IMG/VR virus record: IMGVR_UViG_3300037067_021941
Location: 1 to 64,000 of that record
From: a virus
Lineage: Duplodnaviria > Caudoviricetes
Reading direction: 5' to 3' (one strand)
Length of the DNA stretch: 64,000 bases
Position 1 is the first letter of the stretch, and every line of letters starts with the position of its first letter. Positions 1 through 9,349 of the stretch are shown here, piece by piece. The position numbers and the translations under genes are program-made. Below the pieces are notes generated by a model that had not been told where the DNA came from, ran no database searches, and worked only from the letters and a program-made list of their open reading frames with translations.

Positions 1-242
1 TCTGGTATTTTCTTAGACATGTCTTTTATTTGAGACTGGTCTATCTGTATTGATATCAAGTATCTAGTATCATCCACAGACCCAGTTAGAGATGGCTGTG
101 CATAAATCATAGCAAGTCCTAATTCGCCGACGTAGCCCGGTATATTCGTTCTTTTCAACTTAGCTAGACCTTCATCGTTCACACCACGATAATATGTCTT
201 TGTCTTTAATGCGGCTTCGAGAATTGTTTCAAAATATCTCAT
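1..242 (-). CDS. Partial ORF (runs off window); possible ADP-ribosyltransferase-like virion protein
   Basis: Manual translation from ATG at 242: MRYFETILEAALKTKTYYRGVNDEG...LAMIYAQP, open to position 1. YYRG and AxxYA resemble ART-fold motifs. Confidence 0.35.
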   Translation of the reverse strand, partial: MRYFETILEAALKTKTYYRGVNDEGLAKLKRTNIPGYVGELGLAMIYAQPSLTGSVDDTRYLISIQIDQSQIKDMSKKIP

Positions 243-278
243 GATTATTAAAAAAGCAGTTTAAATCACCCTGCCGGG

Positions 279-1040
279 TTATGCTTTAATTATCGGCATT
301 GGCTCTCCCAGATGGATAGCCTTTTCTATGAGGGACGCTTTCTCTTCTTTACCTTCGGCCATTAGCGCCTCACCATCTAACGCAAGACTTCCACCATCTG
401 GCATCGGCACTCCAGCAATCTTACGACGAGCAGCGCCAACCATTATTTTGGTTTCAGCAAGTAACATTTCACTGGCTAGTAATCTTGCTTGCGGACTGCG
501 AAAATGCGTTATTGTCGGATAATAAAGTACGGTTACTGGAAAAGCACCTTTTGGAGTTGGATATAACCTAATTAATTGATTACCAGGGCCATCGCCGCCC
601 TCGTTCAAAACATCCCAATGACCAATCGTTCCAAGAATCTGCTGCGAAGACCTACGATAAGCTTGAAGCAGATAATAGTCAGTAAGAATGTTCTGGACGC
701 CCGATATATTCCCTATGTTAAAGAGGAAGCTTTCAGCTCCAAATACGTCATCTATTCTTGTCGTCACTGGATCCCATTGTACCTCTTGAATCCAATAAGC
801 ATCATCAGGCATTGGATATGTCGGAACAAGAGGCTCTGTATAAAAAAGAGCTAGCTTTTGTTCCCTAGGAAAATAACCAGCTATAAAATCGCAAGTAACT
901 CGAAGAGCTATTTCAAACTGAGCCTCCTCAATTTCAACAGCGACTGCTGGATGGCCAAGCTGTGCCAAACAATAAGCCTTCATAGGGTTCGGATTCAATT
1001 TCAGAACCACAGGTAAATCATTCGGTCCGATGATGGCCAT
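279..1040 (-). CDS. Neck / head-completion protein, T4 gp13-like
   Basis: N-terminal KAYCLAQLGHPAVAVEIEEAQ and C-terminal GVPMPDGGSLALDGEALMAEGKEE match the two conserved blocks of T4 gp13-type proteins; GAGGAG RBS upstream. Confidence 0.8.
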   Translation of the reverse strand: MAIIGPNDLPVVLKLNPNPMKAYCLAQLGHPAVAVEIEEAQFEIALRVTCDFIAGYFPREQKLALFYTEPLVPTYPMPDDAYWIQEVQWDPVTTRIDDVFGAESFLFNIGNISGVQNILTDYYLLQAYRRSSQQILGTIGHWDVLNEGGDGPGNQLIRLYPTPKGAFPVTVLYYPTITHFRSPQARLLASEMLLAETKIMVGAARRKIAGVPMPDGGSLALDGEALMAEGKEEKASLIEKAIHLGEPMPIIKA

Positions 1041-1059
1041 ATTTAGCTCCTCTGAGATA

Positions 1060-1067
1060 TATTTAAA
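1060..1067 (-). promoter_or_regulatory. Candidate late promoter TTTAAATA (T4 TATAAATA-like)
   Basis: Motif about 20 nt upstream of the neck gene; the same or a similar octamer recurs upstream of other genes. Confidence 0.35.
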
Positions 1068-1622
1068 CTAAGATGCTCGTTCTTCTTGTGCTCTCTTCCA
1101 TAATTCAATTGCCTGTATTCTTGCCATTTTATCTAACGATCCGAAAACATAATCTTCTAAATATTGCATAGAAATGTCGTTTCTCTTCACTAATTCTATA
1201 AAATCTGCTCGATGTCTGAACTGACTGATACCAGCCTCAATTTTCATAATGAGCAATTGTGGCAAGTCTATTACTCTTAATCCTGGTTTAGTATTCGATG
1301 GCTTCTTAAATATAGTATGCCGCACTTTGAGGCCGCTATAACATATCTGAATGGTATGCCCAAACAATGAAAATTTATTGTTCTTACCGAGACTACTACC
1401 GCCATGCTCAATTATCGCATTTGCAACTTTATCGTAGTCAGATTTATCAATTAATATGTCAATACACTCAGTATTCCTGACATAATTATATGAGCCTAGT
1501 GCTACGCCACCTATAATATCTGCCGGAACATCGACTTGTCGCAACATATCATTAAGGGTATCTATGACATTACGGCGGTTCTCGAATAGTGTCATTGATC
1601 TTGATAAGTCGCGTAGACCCAT
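1068..1622 (-). CDS. Nucleotidyltransferase-fold protein (Pol beta superfamily)
   Basis: IIGGVAL...RNTECIDILI matches GGxA...RxTxDxD, with the first Asp replaced by Cys; C-terminal L..MK...R...D. Confidence 0.6.
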   Translation of the reverse strand: MGLRDLSRSMTLFENRRNVIDTLNDMLRQVDVPADIIGGVALGSYNYVRNTECIDILIDKSDYDKVANAIIEHGGSSLGKNNKFSLFGHTIQICYSGLKVRHTIFKKPSNTKPGLRVIDLPQLLIMKIEAGISQFRHRADFIELVKRNDISMQYLEDYVFGSLDKMARIQAIELWKRAQEERAS

Positions 1623-1635
1623 GACTTATCTACAA

Positions 1636-2169
1636 TCAGACTGGGAAAGTCTGTCCAGCATCACCATAGGTAATATTCTTATAAATAAGTCTGAATACCT
1701 CTGGATGATTACCAGAATCATCAGTAATAGTAGATGCTGCTGTATCTAAAGCCAAACGAAGTGCTTTTACTTCAGCGACAACAGCTGTGGTTGGATATCC
1801 GGTTGCACCATCCCAAAGTCGTGGTCCCCTTGGTCCCGTAAGAACCTCATTACAATGGATTAGTGTTAATGCCGGTGCCGGTTGATCGCTCGGATTACTA
1901 CTGATAGTATAAAATCCCTCAATCATAAGCAGCGACGGGTTGTTGCCGATTTGAGGACGAACGCCCATTCCATTGGCAATACTACCAAACTGTTCACTTA
2001 ACTGATTTTGACCACCTTCTGGCTCTGGCATCGTAATTTGAGAAACAAGTTTCAATTCGCCATATAACTGAATGCCGAGGTGTTGTAAGTCTCGGATATA
2101 GTCCCACTTACTATCGCCACGCGCAGGTATAGTTCGAAAATATGCAGTAAACGGCACTAATGCTGACAT
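1636..2169 (-). CDS. Hypothetical protein
   Basis: 177 aa ORF with GGAG RBS, co-oriented with the neck gene. Confidence 0.6.
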   Translation of the reverse strand: MSALVPFTAYFRTIPARGDSKWDYIRDLQHLGIQLYGELKLVSQITMPEPEGGQNQLSEQFGSIANGMGVRPQIGNNPSLLMIEGFYTISSNPSDQPAPALTLIHCNEVLTGPRGPRLWDGATGYPTTAVVAEVKALRLALDTAASTITDDSGNHPEVFRLIYKNITYGDAGQTFPV

Positions 2170-2265
2170 GTCGGATCTCCAATCTGCTGTGTTATAAATT
2201 ATTTTTGGTGAGCAAACTTTTTCTTGGATCTGTATTTCAAATAAGAACTCTTACTAGGAGAACAA

Positions 2266-2550
2266 ATGACCCGCGATGAAATCGGAGCAGAATCATTTAC
2301 TAGAATGGTTTCAGCTCTAAACGAAGTATTCCCAGGAATAAAATCAAGAATGAATGGTAATTTTCTTGATTTTAATGATGACGATATCAGGGTTGAAATG
2401 ACCACTTGCGATAATTTTGATGGGTGTTTTGATGTTATTGGCGACGACGGGAGCCATGGGACACTATGGGGTGTTAAACCTGTAGTGAATGTTCTAGTTA
2501 GAGAAATTTGTAATGTTCGCAAGCAAAAAATATTGAATAAGTTAGTATAA
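2266..2550 (+). CDS. Hypothetical protein
   Basis: 94 aa ORF, AGGAG RBS, followed by a terminator. Confidence 0.6.
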   Translation: MTRDEIGAESFTRMVSALNEVFPGIKSRMNGNFLDFNDDDIRVEMTTCDNFDGCFDVIGDDGSHGTLWGVKPVVNVLVREICNVRKQKILNKLV

Positions 2551-2600
2551 TACCACCGTCGGGTGGTTCCTTTATTTGTGATCCTTTAAATAGTACAAAT

Positions 2601-2636
2601 ACGACAACAGCGGCTTTTGAGGGCCGCTGTTGTCGT
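2601..2636. terminator. Bidirectional intrinsic terminator
   Basis: 14-bp inverted repeat acgacaacagcggc/gccgctgttgtcgt between convergent genes, T-run on the + side. Confidence 0.8.
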
Positions 2637-2668
2637 TTTACGCAGCGTTCATAATGCCATTTCTAGCA

Positions 2669-3082
2669 TTAGGTCGAAGCGATCGGCGGAACGTACGTAT
2701 CGTTCCGAAGGTCTGCCTGCAAGTCGCGGGTGAGACCAGCGGCCACGTTCGTCAGGAACATATCGCTTCCGATTTGGAATGCGAAATCGATGCTCGGCAA
2801 GCCCTCTTGAGCCGCACCAAATGTCTTGACCTGGTACAGGCCGACAACAATTGGGAAGCCACGGCCAGCACCAAAACGGGCTTCGCCGCAGTACGGGCTG
2901 AAATCCTGGAGCGTAGTATCTCTGGTCAAAACACCGACCAGAATCTCTTCACCAGGAACACTCATGATCAACGGACGAAGCCGTTTTGTCAGAGCTGCCA
3001 CAGCCTCGTGACGGAGAGCTTTGCGATAACTTCGGACATTACGATAAACCGAAATCGACGTATTGGCTGGTTGAGCACTCAT
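2669..3082 (-). CDS. Hypothetical protein (GC-rich codon usage)
   Basis: 137 aa, GAGGAG RBS, terminator downstream. Confidence 0.65.
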   Translation of the reverse strand: MSAQPANTSISVYRNVRSYRKALRHEAVAALTKRLRPLIMSVPGEEILVGVLTRDTTLQDFSPYCGEARFGAGRGFPIVVGLYQVKTFGAAQEGLPSIDFAFQIGSDMFLTNVAAGLTRDLQADLRNDTYVPPIAST

Positions 3083-3203
3083 GTGTCGAACTCCTCATAA
3101 ATTTTAGTTCTTTGTGTTTGATTATTGTTTCTCTGCCCACATATTAATTTTGCATGAATAACTAATTTTAATTCAGATAGAAAATAATTCAAACCATAAT
3201 AAT

Positions 3204-3527
3204 CTAGGTATCGACTACCAAATCATCCTTGAACTGCAATTTAAATTTATCTAATATCTCTGTTGCATATTCTGGGCTACTGAAATTGCGTGGAACACAA
3301 ATTACATAAATAGGTTGTATTCTGCCAGATAGATATACTTTCCTAGAAATAGAAACGTAGAAAAATTCTTTCGACTCAACCAAGTCGAATCCTATCTCAT
3401 CGCCAGCGGAAAGTCCGACGATATACTCATCGGGATAGTTAGATATAGTGAATCTACAGATCTTATCCCTTCTATGTGAAGTCCCCGCAACTCTTTCGAC
3501 GCCGAACTCAAGTACTATATTAGCCAT
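3204..3527 (-). CDS. Hypothetical protein
   Basis: 107 aa ORF overlapping the stop of the upstream GT. Confidence 0.55.
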   Translation of the reverse strand: MANIVLEFGVERVAGTSHRRDKICRFTISNYPDEYIVGLSAGDEIGFDLVESKEFFYVSISRKVYLSGRIQPIYVICVPRNFSSPEYATEILDKFKLQFKDDLVVDT

Positions 3528-4476
3528 AATTCGCCCTTTGTAAAATCGTCTTGAATTGTGCTAGTTGCGACCAGTTACTAAGATAGTCTTTAGTCGCTTG
3601 ATCTGCTACCTTTCGCCACAAATCAAGATCAACTCTTTTATCAATATCGCTCCAATTTTCAACCAAAATCGCATTATGGCCATCGACTAGTGGTGGATAA
3701 TATGGCGATGTTTGTCGTTTGGCTATAACAGTACGTCCAAATATGACTGCTTCAATAAAACGCAAGCTCTTGTCACCATTACCACGTAAGTCTACGCACG
3801 CTTTATATGAAAGTAAGTGTTTTAAATATTGTTCTGCTGACGCATTCGCTATGAATGTTAAATCAACAAATTTAGGCATTCCATTAGTATTGACACGTTC
3901 ACCATAGCCACCACGACCCATAAAACCCGCTAATCCAATAGCATCGCACTTAAATGCATTTCTAATCATTTGTATGTCATCATCGAAAAAGGCACAATCA
4001 AGATGATTTTTCGCAAGCAAATCGAAAACTTGTGTAGATGTACGATGTGCTACTGGTATTGTTTTATGTCCATAATTTTTAAGCAATTCTAATGTGCAAT
4101 TGACTGGCATATATAAATCGCATCGTGTCTGTACAGGGCCACCTTGTCGGCCCTTCCATATTTGTTTTCTCTCCCTGAACAATCTATCAGACGAACTAAG
4201 GCAAACCTTGAATGCTGGTAAATGTTCAATATTCTTCCAGTTATCATCAAAAAAGAACGTATCGGACTTTGCAATATAAATTTTTATACCGTTATAATTA
4301 TCGGATAATAGATGCTTTACACGTCGTAGTATTGGATGCTCTTCTAGCTGACCTTTTTTGATTATAACCTTCACAGGCAAATGCATTCGGTCAGATATTT
4401 CAGCTAAATTGGAAAGTTGATATGCACAACGAGGTAGCCTATTTTGGCTAAGCATTGAGAAATCAACAGCAATCAT
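3520..4476 (-). CDS. Glycosyltransferase, GT-B fold (Glyco_trans_1_2-like C-terminus)
   Basis: YLKHLLSYKACVDLRGNGDKSLRFIEAVIFG...PLVDGHNAI pattern; in an operon with other GTs. Confidence 0.6.
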   Translation of the reverse strand: MIAVDFSMLSQNRLPRCAYQLSNLAEISDRMHLPVKVIIKKGQLEEHPILRRVKHLLSDNYNGIKIYIAKSDTFFFDDNWKNIEHLPAFKVCLSSSDRLFRERKQIWKGRQGGPVQTRCDLYMPVNCTLELLKNYGHKTIPVAHRTSTQVFDLLAKNHLDCAFFDDDIQMIRNAFKCDAIGLAGFMGRGGYGERVNTNGMPKFVDLTFIANASAEQYLKHLLSYKACVDLRGNGDKSLRFIEAVIFGRTVIAKRQTSPYYPPLVDGHNAILVENWSDIDKRVDLDLWRKVADQATKDYLSNWSQLAQFKTILQRANYG

Positions 4477-5450
4477 TCGATGCTAAACCTTTCTGATACT
4501 ATCTCTACTAGTAGCTTGTGTGCTATGTCTCCAAATCTTAACGCCGCCATCAATGCTGCCATTCTATGATGATAAGTATTGGCAATCAGCACATCAAGTC
4601 TCTGGTCACACGAAAGCTCTTTTCTAGAATCTGGACTCAACTTCAATAGTTCTTTTATTTTAGAATGATAGTCATTTGGGTCTTTAGCACTAATTATGTG
4701 CGGCAGATATCTACTAATACCAAGAGCGGGGTCATGCACAACAATAGCACCACTTAGGATAGCCTTAAATGCTCTCTCCGGCAAATCAATACCAGATGCT
4801 ATTGTGTGCGGTTCACTAATGCACGGTGCTATTTTACAACTTGCTAATAATATTGGGACCTCGCAATCAGATATCAAACCGCCACATAGATTGTCCGGCC
4901 ATGTCCCCCAACCACGAACCATATGTGATATTGTTTTGTCGCGCAAAACTGGCAATAAATAGGCATCTATATTTTTCGCCTTATATGGCCATCGCCCACC
5001 AACATAACCAATATCGTACTTATCGTGTTCCCCATTAGCCACATTAAATATCGTAGCGTCACCAGCAGTTGCCATAGGAACCCACGGTATGCTGATTTTA
5101 TCCCAAAAAGACCAATAATGACGATCAGTTTCATACCCATAGCCAAACACAGCATCAGGTTTTATTTTTTTAACCCAATTGATAGCGTCTTGGGATTCAT
5201 TAATATTCGGTTCGATTTTTGTCGGTCCATATGGATTAACATGAATGGCGACTTTGCATTTACGGCCATCTGGTATATCTTGCCTGTGCCCAGAACAACC
5301 GACATACAAGTCTGGCTTAAATGAATCCCAAGAATTCCCTTTGCCATCCCATCGTTCAACAACACAACCAACGTCACGCAAGGCATTAATCATACCCTGC
5401 GTGATGAATGTGAAGGCACCGCCAGGCGGATTGCAAAACAAAATTCGCAT
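4473..5450 (-). CDS. CgeB/Glyco_trans_1_2-family glycosyltransferase
   Basis: MRILF start, FKPDL, YDIGYVGG, ERAFKAILSGA, NTYHHRM motifs. Confidence 0.7.
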   Translation of the reverse strand: MRILFCNPPGGAFTFITQGMINALRDVGCVVERWDGKGNSWDSFKPDLYVGCSGHRQDIPDGRKCKVAIHVNPYGPTKIEPNINESQDAINWVKKIKPDAVFGYGYETDRHYWSFWDKISIPWVPMATAGDATIFNVANGEHDKYDIGYVGGRWPYKAKNIDAYLLPVLRDKTISHMVRGWGTWPDNLCGGLISDCEVPILLASCKIAPCISEPHTIASGIDLPERAFKAILSGAIVVHDPALGISRYLPHIISAKDPNDYHSKIKELLKLSPDSRKELSCDQRLDVLIANTYHHRMAALMAALRFGDIAHKLLVEIVSERFSIE

Positions 5451-5457
5451 ATCTTTC

Positions 5458-7287
5458 CTATTCTAGACAATGGCCTCTGCCACTTTGAACCAATAATTGT
5501 CGTTGTCGCGCTATTCTGTCATTTAGAGATAACGAACTCAGCTTAGCACCAAGTTCCTTGTTTTTTTGATGAAACATCGTCCAGTTATCAACTCGATTAT
5601 GATGTAAATGCAATAAATCGATATGACGATTTTCTTTCCAGACTGCAGCTTTTGATAATCTGTGATAAAAGTCGCAGTCTTCAACACCATAACCTACAAA
5701 TTCTTCAACAAAGCCACCAATCTTCCAGTATGTCTTTCTATAACAAGCAATTGAGCCTCCTTCAAAATAATCCACCATATGCTCATATCTAGGATGATCG
5801 ATAGAGCCTGTAGCATTGATCATGTGTGTCTCTGCAGAGCCAATGTAAAAAATCTGCCTACAAAGATGGCATGCTTCAACATCAGCTAACTCTTTAGCAA
5901 TAGATTGAAAATAGCTACTTGGTGCTAAAGTATCAGCATCATGCAATACAAGTATGTCACAAGTACAAGCCTCTACCCCTATATTCCATGCTTTACTTTT
6001 ATTAAACGCAGCACCAGGCAAACCAACGGCAAAAACGTGCTTAGCTGGGACGCACTCATTATCTCCAATCTTAGATGTTGTGTCTTCCTCAGCCATTATG
6101 ATTTCAATATCAGGAAAACGCTGGCCTCTTATATTCCCAAGCACAGTTAATATCGAATCTTTTCGATTGATTTCTCGAAAAGGAATGACACATGAGATAC
6201 GCGGAACAACAGACATATCACTTGCAGCAACATAAATCGGTCTACTGCCAATTACATTTAACACGTCCTTGGCGTGTTTGAGTTTTTCTACTCTATTTTC
6301 TACGGATGAGTGTTCTGCATGCACTAAAAAATATGACTCAGATCCATCTACATCAAAAAATCCTGACGGCTGTAATCTGCTATTCGACAACCTAGTAGAC
6401 CAATCAACGTGTTCTACGCCATATTGTCCAAATTGTTCATCAAAATATCCGATATTAGAGAAAGCGATATGATCAAATGCCATAACGGCACCATGCGGCT
6501 TGTTATCAACAACATGCAATGTTACTCCTTTTACAGTAGTGCTATTACCTTTTACCGCTCCATATACACCTGGTTGTCGATAGCAAAAATGATGATATTC
6601 AGTGCGCTGCATGGCAAGAAAATAAAAATTTTCCCAACCAGCGTTTAATATTTCAACATCATCATTCAACAGTATCTTCTTCGGGAATCTAGAAAGACAG
6701 TGCATTAAACGATTACTATTACCAGCAACCCCTAACTGCTGCTGATTTTTTAGAATTATGATATCGCCGCGTGATTCAAGTTCAGTTAGATATGATAATT
6801 GTTCTGGGTTCGTGCTACCGTCATCACTTATAAATATTGTAGTATGATGTGTATCGGTGTACTTCAAAATCGAATTAATCAATCGACGCAGCGATTCCGG
6901 TCTATTATAAGTCAAAATACCAATACCAATACCATTACTAATAGTGTAAGCATTATTTGTAAAAAATTTAGCATTAGACTGATCAATGTTCCTACGCATC
7001 CGACCAACTATAGGACTTTTAACATCTTTCGGTTTCTGTCTATTTACATGGACTGGTCTTACCAAAGGACGTGATATTTTAATTTCTCGCTTTGGTGTTA
7101 CTGGTAAGTGTTCCAAATTAATTAGATATCCTTTTACACCAGTGCTATCTTTATTGACGTAACGATCAAAAAATTCTGGCAGCCTTACACGACGTCCCTT
7201 ACGTATATGTACAGTATCGCCATTAGGTCCAACCAAATACAAATCATGAGGATGCGGATTTAGATATTCTGGCACAATTTTTTCCAA
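5458..7287 (-). CDS. Tandem GT-A (GT2 + GT2/GT7C) glycosyltransferase
   Basis: GILTYNRP, ISDDGS, LLNDD, GYFDEQFGQYGVEHVD in domain 1; ISCVIPFR, FNKSKAWNIG, LHDAD, GGFVEEFVGYGVEDCDF in domain 2. Confidence 0.85.
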   Translation of the reverse strand: MEKIVPEYLNPHPHDLYLVGPNGDTVHIRKGRRVRLPEFFDRYVNKDSTGVKGYLINLEHLPVTPKREIKISRPLVRPVHVNRQKPKDVKSPIVGRMRRNIDQSNAKFFTNNAYTISNGIGIGILTYNRPESLRRLINSILKYTDTHHTTIFISDDGSTNPEQLSYLTELESRGDIIILKNQQQLGVAGNSNRLMHCLSRFPKKILLNDDVEILNAGWENFYFLAMQRTEYHHFCYRQPGVYGAVKGNSTTVKGVTLHVVDNKPHGAVMAFDHIAFSNIGYFDEQFGQYGVEHVDWSTRLSNSRLQPSGFFDVDGSESYFLVHAEHSSVENRVEKLKHAKDVLNVIGSRPIYVAASDMSVVPRISCVIPFREINRKDSILTVLGNIRGQRFPDIEIIMAEEDTTSKIGDNECVPAKHVFAVGLPGAAFNKSKAWNIGVEACTCDILVLHDADTLAPSSYFQSIAKELADVEACHLCRQIFYIGSAETHMINATGSIDHPRYEHMVDYFEGGSIACYRKTYWKIGGFVEEFVGYGVEDCDFYHRLSKAAVWKENRHIDLLHLHHNRVDNWTMFHQKNKELGAKLSSLSLNDRIARQRQLLVQSGRGHCLE

Positions 7288-7787
7288 GTATCATGTAGTT
7301 CAGTTGTAAGTTGTTCAAATGTTCCATTGTTCCGTACTGACAAAAACAAATCACAAGACCTCTTATATTGTGGCAGCGACGTTTTAAATCTATTGACATA
7401 ATCATAAAGCAACTGCTCTGTTAATTTTGCGTCTCTGGCCAGACATAAATTGATATTGGATTGAACAAATAATAAGATAACGCTGTGTAATGCCGCTTTC
7501 GCGCTAGTAATCAGAGTTAAAAGTGTAGAATATTTTGAATTACAAGTGTCTAATACTATAATTTCCTTCGGCGATATTTCATCAATTGCTTCTCTAGCTT
7601 TTTCTACAGCAAGTGACCAGCATTCAATATTATATGACTGTTGGACTTCTTGACTTAAGGCTGATAAATTATCCGGTATCCAATCAGATGGCCTAATAAT
7701 ATGCCACTTTGGACCAGCCTTTTTAGACAAAACATCTATAACTTTGGATTTGCCCGCGCGGGGCAAACCACATGTAAGTATCAGAAT
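7260..7787 (-). CDS. P-loop kinase (AAA_33 / polynucleotide kinase-like); probable AUU start
   Basis: ILILTCGLPRAGKS Walker A (extended upstream of the called TTG), IVLDTCN, CLAR lid; AGGAGG at 7795-7800. Confidence 0.7.
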   Translation of the reverse strand: MLILTCGLPRAGKSKVIDVLSKKAGPKWHIIRPSDWIPDNLSALSQEVQQSYNIECWSLAVEKAREAIDEISPKEIIVLDTCNSKYSTLLTLITSAKAALHSVILLFVQSNINLCLARDAKLTEQLLYDYVNRFKTSLPQYKRSCDLFLSVRNNGTFEQLTTELHDTWKKLCQNI

Positions 7788-7802
7788 AATACCACCTCCT
7801 AA

Positions 7803-8393
7803 TTAAGATGAATGCGTGATTCCCACATAAAGCGGTATTGGGTTATTATTTGTTTCCATGAATCTAAATCGACTTGGTTTAATTATGACGCCATGACTAT
7901 AGCATCCCACACCATTGCTGATTTGCTCTAATAATTGCTCAGACATTACGTCTATCTTTAATATCTGTTGTGTATCGAACGTTTTACCGAACACGTCTCT
8001 TATCATACCCGGACCCGAAAACTTATTCAGACTTAATCTAATATCAACTAAAACCGGCGTACCAGTATCAAGGGCAAAATAATAAATAGCTTGCTTAACA
8101 CTAGCCGCATTTGAAATTGCTATCAGCCGTTTCGCTTGATTTTGAAGAAAATCAATAGCTATCAACGATAATGAATCATTAGTATTTGCTAAATCGATAG
8201 TTTGACCATTCCAATCACCCATCGATACCGCGACACCATTATTACTATGCGTCACTAAGCAACTAATGCCGATATTTTGGTAATGTTTCACAACATAACA
8301 TAGCATACCAGAAACCAAAGTCGTATCAGACAAAGGTTCAGGATGCGATAACATTGCGGGAATAACTTTAGATATACCAGATTGTGTTCCCAT
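7803..8393 (-). CDS. Hypothetical protein, possibly a degenerate ATP-dependent ligase fold
   Basis: LVDIR and HGVIIKP resemble ligase motifs IIIa/IV; no KxDG. Confidence 0.45.
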   Translation of the reverse strand: MGTQSGISKVIPAMLSHPEPLSDTTLVSGMLCYVVKHYQNIGISCLVTHSNNGVAVSMGDWNGQTIDLANTNDSLSLIAIDFLQNQAKRLIAISNAASVKQAIYYFALDTGTPVLVDIRLSLNKFSGPGMIRDVFGKTFDTQQILKIDVMSEQLLEQISNGVGCYSHGVIIKPSRFRFMETNNNPIPLYVGITHSS

Positions 8394-8676
8394 CTACGCA
8401 TTGCTGGATATACCAGCGACCTCGCTGATTATTACGTATGTAGTCAAGATCAAAAACGTACACATTATTTTGCATTTCGCTTTCAGTCAATGTAAATAAC
8501 AGTCGTGGCGTGCCCTCGAAGATTATCGAAATTTTGTCATTCTTGACGTCGAAGTTATTTACAAGACCAAACCATATACGAAACCAACCAGCCCAGACGA
8601 CAAAATCAGCATATCGCGGTGTCCAAGTTGACAGCGCTCTGTAAGTGGCCAGTGGTGGAAGCTCTACCTCTCTCAT
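8368..8676 (-). CDS. Hypothetical protein (start revised to MREVEL)
   Basis: ATGA overlap with the small upstream ORF. Confidence 0.6.
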   Translation of the reverse strand: MREVELPPLATYRALSTWTPRYADFVVWAGWFRIWFGLVNNFDVKNDKISIIFEGTPRLLFTLTESEMQNNVYVFDLDYIRNNQRGRWYIQQCVDGNTIWYI

Positions 8677-8828
8677 TGATAGCTCACTTTCGTCAGTGCG
8701 ATTGTGAATATTAACATTTCTAATTCTTTGCCCGGTGGAAATACAACCCAACTATCGCCATAAACCATAGTCCTTCTATGGCATTCATTAGACAGTTCGA
8801 CGATTTTTGCTAATTCCTGTCCATTCAT
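8673..8828 (-). CDS. Small hypothetical protein, 51 aa (not in ORF track)
   Basis: MNGQELAKIVELSNECHRR...KVSYQ; ATGA overlaps at both ends. Confidence 0.6.
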   Translation of the reverse strand: MNGQELAKIVELSNECHRRTMVYGDSWVVFPPGKELEMLIFTIALTKVSYQ

Positions 8829-9349
8829 TGCGGTTCTTTCTTAAATCGCGTTAGGCGATGGGCAAATATGTCATATCTATACGTAAAACCATCAGACAAA
8901 TCCCATTGCACAAAATGTCCATTACGATAGCCACCAAGAGTTCTATTAATAACCGGATCGATAGCTAAGAAACTATTTTCAGATATCACAGCTGGTGATA
9001 TCATCTCTGTTCCATTAACAGTGACTGATACTTTTTTATCAGAAATCTTGATAGCTGTATCTTCACGTTGCTTGACAACATTTAAACCGTCAAGTAGCAT
9101 ATTACGAATCGAATTAGTTTTCGTCTTAGCCGATACATGAAATGTCCTGCTATGGTTATCTGTATTTGTACCAATCATATTGACTGCTAGTGTAACATCG
9201 TCAAGATTTACATTAAGACGAGAATTTGGTTCGAGTTGAACCAAAACACGTTTTATATCAGATACAGTTTTTATTATGGGAGATTCAAACCGTTGGCGGT
9301 TCAACTCTGATTGCGTTCTCCTGGCTTGTTCTTTCTCCAAGTTCTCCAT
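8825..9349 (-). CDS. Hypothetical protein
   Basis: 174 aa ORF in operon, GGAGG upstream. Confidence 0.6.
   Translation of the reverse strand: MENLEKEQARRTQSELNRQRFESPIIKTVSDIKRVLVQLEPNSRLNVNLDDVTLAVNMIGTNTDNHSRTFHVSAKTKTNSIRNMLLDGLNVVKQREDTAIKISDKKVSVTVNGTEMISPAVISENSFLAIDPVINRTLGGYRNGHFVQWDLSDGFTYRYDIFAHRLTRFKKEPQ

Noticed and set aside
2630-3100. 156-aa plus-strand ORF
   Set aside because: Antisense to 2669-3082, which has the RBS; it starts inside the terminator.
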